Assembly (NCBI GenBank): GCA_037441295.1
Contig: JBBISK010000002.1
Span: 1 to 33,383, forward strand
DNA from: Candidatus Aminicenantes bacterium
GTDB lineage: Bacteria; Acidobacteriota; Aminicenantia; Aminicenantales; Saccharicenantaceae
Direction of reading: 5' to 3'
Length of the DNA: 33,383 nt
The notes under the pieces were generated by a model, which ran no database searches, was not told the DNA's origin, and was given only the letters and a program-made list of their open reading frames with translations. The number at the start of each line of letters is the position of its first letter. Position 1 is the first letter of the stretch. A program made the translations under genes and the position numbers. Shown piece after piece: positions 26,636 to 33,383 of the stretch.

Positions 26636-26777
26636 TGAAGGCCAAGCCGACCTGGGCGCTGAGGAGGTTCGTCGTCGATTCCCTGTTGAGGCAGGTGAAC
26701 GTCCCCCGATCGTAGACGACGGAATCCTCCCTCAAATACTGGGCCCGGCCGCCGGGGGGAGAGCGCTCCCGACCTTG

Positions 26778-26786
26778 TGCTATACT
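26778..26786 (+). promoter_or_regulatory. Extended -10 element upstream of amidohydrolase
   Basis: TGCTATACT, 25 nt before the ATG at 26812, followed by a GGAGG RBS. Confidence 0.55.
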
Positions 26787-26811
26787 TGGGGCCGTTCAGG
26801 GAGGAAGGGAA

Positions 26812-28242
26812 ATGAAGCACGACATTGATATCTTCGGACGAAAAGGAAGATCCGCGCTTATCGTCTTGGCCTGGGCCGCGCTCACGGCCATCGTCGCCGG
26901 CCCGGGTGTCGGCGCCGCGTTGCTGACCGCCCGCTCCGAAGCCAGTGGCCGGGCCGGCGACAATCCCCGGGCCGCCCGCGACCAGAACACGCCGGCCGTC
27001 CTCATCCGCCCGGCGCGCGTCTTTGACGCCGAGGACGGCAAGACCCACGAGGGCTGGGCCGTCCTCGTCAAGGGTGAAAGGATCGCCGCCGTCGGGCCCC
27101 CGGTGGGGATCGCCGTGCCCGCCGGCGCCCGGATGATCGACCTCCCCGGCATGACCCTCCTGCCCGGGCTCATGGACATCCACTCCCATATCTTCCTCCA
27201 TCCGTATAACGAGACGCTTTGGAACGACCAGGTCCTGAAGGAGCCCCTGGCCTACCGGACGATCGAGGCCGTCCGCCACTGCGAAAGCACGCTCATGGCG
27301 GGCTTCACGCTCCTCCGCGACCTCGGCACCGAGGGCGCGGGCTACGCCGACGTCTCGGTCCAGCGCGCCATCCGCGAGGGTCTCATCCCCGGCCCGCGTC
27401 TGCTCGTGGCGACGCTGGCCATCGTCGCCACCGCGAGCTACGGGCCCGGGCCGGCCGGCTTCGCCCCGGATCTCGTCCTGCCGAAGGGCGGCCAGGAAGC
27501 GAGCGGCACGGCCGAGGTCATCAAGGCCGTGCGCGAGCAGGTCGGCCGCGGCGCCGACTGGGTCAAGGTCTACGCCGATTATCACCACGGCGTCGGCGGG
27601 ACCGTGCCGACCTTCAGCGAAGAGGAACTGCGGGCGCTCGTGGCCGAGGCCCGGTCCGCGGGCCGTCCCGTGTCGGCCCACGCCACGACTGCGGAAGGGA
27701 TGCGTCGGGCGGCGGTGGCCGGCGTCGACACCATCGAACACGGCTACGGCGGCACGGCGGACGTCTTCCGGCTGATGGCCCAGCAGGGTGTCGCCTTCCT
27801 GCCGACCCTGACGGCCGAGGAGGCCTACGCGGAATACTTCGAGGGATACAAGCCGGGCCAGCCGCCGACGGCCGGGATGGAGCGGGCCCTCAACGCCTTC
27901 AAGCTCGCCCGGGCGGCCGGGGTGACCATCGGCCTCGGCAGCGACGTGGGCGTCTTCGCCCACGGCACGAACTACCGCGAGCTCGAGTGGATGGTCCGCG
28001 GCGGCATGACGCCCTCCGAGGCCCTCCTGGCCGCGACGGCCGTGAACGCCAAGATCATCCGCATGCAGGACGAGCTCGGCCGGGTCCGGGCCGGCCTCCT
28101 GGCCGACCTCGTCGCCGTGCCGGGCGACCCCACGGCGGACATCCAGGCCGTCCGCGACGTCCGCTTCGTCATGAAGGGCGGCGTCGTCTACAAGTCTCCT
28201 TCGGGGACGGAGGCGCGAACGGCCGCCTCCCGGCCCCGTTGA
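26812..28242 (+). CDS. Metal-dependent amidohydrolase (Xaa-Pro dipeptidase-like)
   Basis: [43 protein letters not shown] and ADLVAV.GDP motifs; N-terminal signal-like segment. Confidence 0.9.
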   Translation: MKHDIDIFGRKGRSALIVLAWAALTAIVAGPGVGAALLTARSEASGRAGDNPRAARDQNTPAVLIRPARVFDAEDGKTHEGWAVLVKGERIAAVGPPVGIAVPAGARMIDLPGMTLLPGLMDIHSHIFLHPYNETLWNDQVLKEPLAYRTIEAVRHCESTLMAGFTLLRDLGTEGAGYADVSVQRAIREGLIPGPRLLVATLAIVATASYGPGPAGFAPDLVLPKGGQEASGTAEVIKAVREQVGRGADWVKVYADYHHGVGGTVPTFSEEELRALVAEARSAGRPVSAHATTAEGMRRAAVAGVDTIEHGYGGTADVFRLMAQQGVAFLPTLTAEEAYAEYFEGYKPGQPPTAGMERALNAFKLARAAGVTIGLGSDVGVFAHGTNYRELEWMVRGGMTPSEALLAATAVNAKIIRMQDELGRVRAGLLADLVAVPGDPTADIQAVRDVRFVMKGGVVYKSPSGTEARTAASRPR

Positions 28243-28256
28243 AAGGCGGAAACCCG

Positions 28257-31571
<3,315 letters not shown>

Positions 31572-31607
31572 CCGCTGGAGGGCCGGCGCCCGGCCGGGGC
31601 CGAGCCG

Positions 31608-33383
31608 TCAGTCGAGGACCAAGACGCGAATGCGGGAGCCGTCCGGGCCGCCGAGGTAGACGCGCTCGACGGCCTTCTCGAAGTCCGAGGCCTTCGCCTT
31701 GGGGATGTCCACGAACTTCTGCGGGTTGCGGTCCGTCAGCGGGAACCACGAGCTCTGGACCTGGACCATGATGCGGTGTCCGGCCCGGAAGGAATGAAAG
31801 ACGTCTGGCATGGCGAACTCGACCTTCTCGCGCCGTCCGGGCACGAAGGGCTCCGGTTTCTCAGGGCTGCGGCGGAACTTGCCGCGGAACGGCTCGCCGC
31901 GGACGAGCTGCTGGTAGCCGGCCATGGGCGCGGCGGCCGGGCCCGGCTCCGGGTTCGGGTAATCGTCCGGGTAGACGTCGATGAGCTTGACGTCGAAATC
32001 CGAGTCCGTGCCCGAAGTCGAGACGGCGAGCGCCGGCGACACGGGTCCGGCGAGAGTGACATCGTGGTCGAGCGGCTCGGTCTGGTAGACGAGGACGTCG
32101 GTGCGGCGCGAGGCGAAGCGCTGGTCCTCGCTCATGTAGTCCCCCGGCATGCCCGGACCGATGCGGCCGATGACGGGCACCGGCTTGGCCGGGTCGCTGA
32201 CGTACTCGTCGAAGGCGCCCGCCGCGGCCGGCTCCGGCTCGAAGGCGAGCTTGCCGCCGGGGCAGAAATAAAGGGACTTCTCCCGGGCCTCGCGGGGCGG
32301 CCAGGCGTCGAGCCGCCGCCATTCGTTGACGCCGGTGGCGAAGAGCCAGGCCTTGGGGACCGTCCCGTCCTTCGTCCGCCTCAGGCCGTCGCCGCGGCCC
32401 TTGAGATGCTCGACGAAGAAGGGGAGCTCGATCGACTCGCGGAAGAACTCGCCGGTCTTCGAGCCGAAGCTCAGGTTCCCGAGCCGGTCGCCGTCCATGC
32501 CCGCCCATCCGCCGTGCGGCCAGGGCCCCATGACGAGCGTGTCCGGCGCGACCGGGCCGTTCTTCTCCAGGGTCTTGAAGAGCTTGAGCGGCCCGGCGAG
32601 GTCCTCGGCGTCGAACCAGCCGCCGACGAAGAGAACGGCCGGCTTGACGTCTTTCATATACGGCGCGAGGGCGCGGGACTGCCAGAACTCGTCGTAGTTC
32701 GGGTGGTCGAGGTTGACGTCCCAGTACGGGTTCTTCCCCTTGAAGTACTTCTCGTTGCTCGTCGAGAGTGGCCCCATCCGTAGGTAGAAGGCGTAGGCGT
32801 CGGGCGTGCCGAAGTCGAAGCGGCTCGACCACACGGGGAGGGCGGGGCCGCCCTCGCGGGGCCAGAACATCCTGTAGAAGCCGAAGTTCGCGGCCAGATA
32901 GAAGGCGCCGTTGTGGAAGGCGTCGTCGCCGTTCCCGACGTCGCCCATGGGCGCCTGCGGCGAGACGGCCTTGAGGGCTGGGTGGGCGCCGATCAGGGCG
33001 AAGGCGGCGTAGAAGCCCGGGTAGGAGATGCCCCAGATGCCGACCCGGCCGTTGTTCCCAGCGACGTGCTTGACGAGCCAGTCGACGGTGTCGTAGGTGT
33101 CCGTGCTCTCGTCGGCGTCCTTGGGGCCGGAAAAATGCGTCTTGTGGAACGGGACGTCGACGAACTCACCTTCGGACATGCAGCGGCCGCGGACGTCCTG
33201 GTAGACGAAGATGAAGCCCTCCTTCTCCGCCGCCTCGGAGGGGCCGATGACGGAACGGTAGTTGTCGATGCCGTAGGGCGCGACGGAATAGGGCGTGCGC
33301 TCCATCAGGATGGGATAGGCCTGGCTCGTGTCTTTCGGCACGTAGACCGTGGTGAAGAGCTTGACCCCGTCGCGCATGGGGAT
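31608..33383 (-). CDS. CocE/NonD family hydrolase (alpha-amino acid ester hydrolase-like); 5' end outside window
   Basis: IPMRDGVKL, RTPY, QDVRGR, nucleophile GISYPG, GGWFDAED, GPWPHG and QVQSSWFP motifs; frame open to the window edge. Confidence 0.92.
   Translation of the reverse strand: MPMRDGVKLFTTVYVPKDTSQAYPILMERTPYSVAPYGIDNYRSVIGPSEAAEKEGFIFVYQDVRGRCMSEGEFVDVPFHKTHFSGPKDADESTDTYDTVDWLVKHVAGNNGRVGIWGISYPGFYAAFALIGAHPALKAVSPQAPMGDVGNGDDAFHNGAFYLAANFGFYRMFWPREGGPALPVWSSRFDFGTPDAYAFYLRMGPLSTSNEKYFKGKNPYWDVNLDHPNYDEFWQSRALAPYMKDVKPAVLFVGGWFDAEDLAGPLKLFKTLEKNGPVAPDTLVMGPWPHGGWAGMDGDRLGNLSFGSKTGEFFRESIELPFFVEHLKGRGDGLRRTKDGTVPKAWLFATGVNEWRRLDAWPPREAREKSLYFCPGGKLAFEPEPAAAGAFDEYVSDPAKPVPVIGRIGPGMPGDYMSEDQRFASRRTDVLVYQTEPLDHDVTLAGPVSPALAVSTSGTDSDFDVKLIDVYPDDYPNPEPGPAAAPMAGYQQLVRGEPFRGKFRRSPEKPEPFVPGRREKVEFAMPDVFHSFRAGHRIMVQVQSSWFPLTDRNPQKFVDIPKAKASDFEKAVERVYLGGPDGSRIRVLVLD

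Noticed and set aside
27219-28256. Apparent N-terminal extensions (1450-aa GH106; also 520-aa PyrH, 265-aa S9 ribosomal protein, 1222-aa CzcA, 268-aa MepK)
   Set aside because: The extensions are Arg/Pro/Gly-rich off-frame reads of the upstream gene; internal starts with RBS or signal peptide give normal lengths, so there is no fusion or frameshift

Overview
High-GC bacterial chromosomal window. Gene order and the many secreted hydrolases resemble an Acidobacteriota/Aminicenantes-like heterotroph; this is an impression, not a tested assignment. Positions 1-8.5 kb are minus-strand housekeeping genes: ssrA (tmRNA) with a perfect sigma70 promoter, an amidase, a GerMN protein, der, a highly structured intergenic region, a TPR lipoprotein, a rhomboid protease, then rplM-rpsI-rpsB-tsf-pyrH-frr. 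Positions 8.5-16 kb hold a heavy-metal RND efflux locus (czcC-czcB-czcA-like), followed by a probable outer-membrane protein and an SDR. The locus is headed by a 92-aa DUF2946/CutF/CruR-like leader ORF (TM helix, H..CPAC, C-terminal RSPP). Its stop codon lies in one arm of a stem that sequesters the czcC Shine-Dalgarno, suggesting a metal-sensing ribosome-stalling switch; this is the most interesting signal here. Positions 16-33.4 kb contain an Fe-S aldo/keto reductase, a discoidin-domain glycoside hydrolase, an LdtD-MepK pair, a URO-D-like protein, a C45/Ntn hydrolase, a perfect 27-bp-arm palindrome, an S9 peptidase, an amidohydrolase, a GH106 rhamnosidase and a partial CocE/NonD hydrolase. 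No CRISPR array, tRNA, rRNA, integrase or transposase was seen. All calls come from reading motifs by eye; no searches were run.
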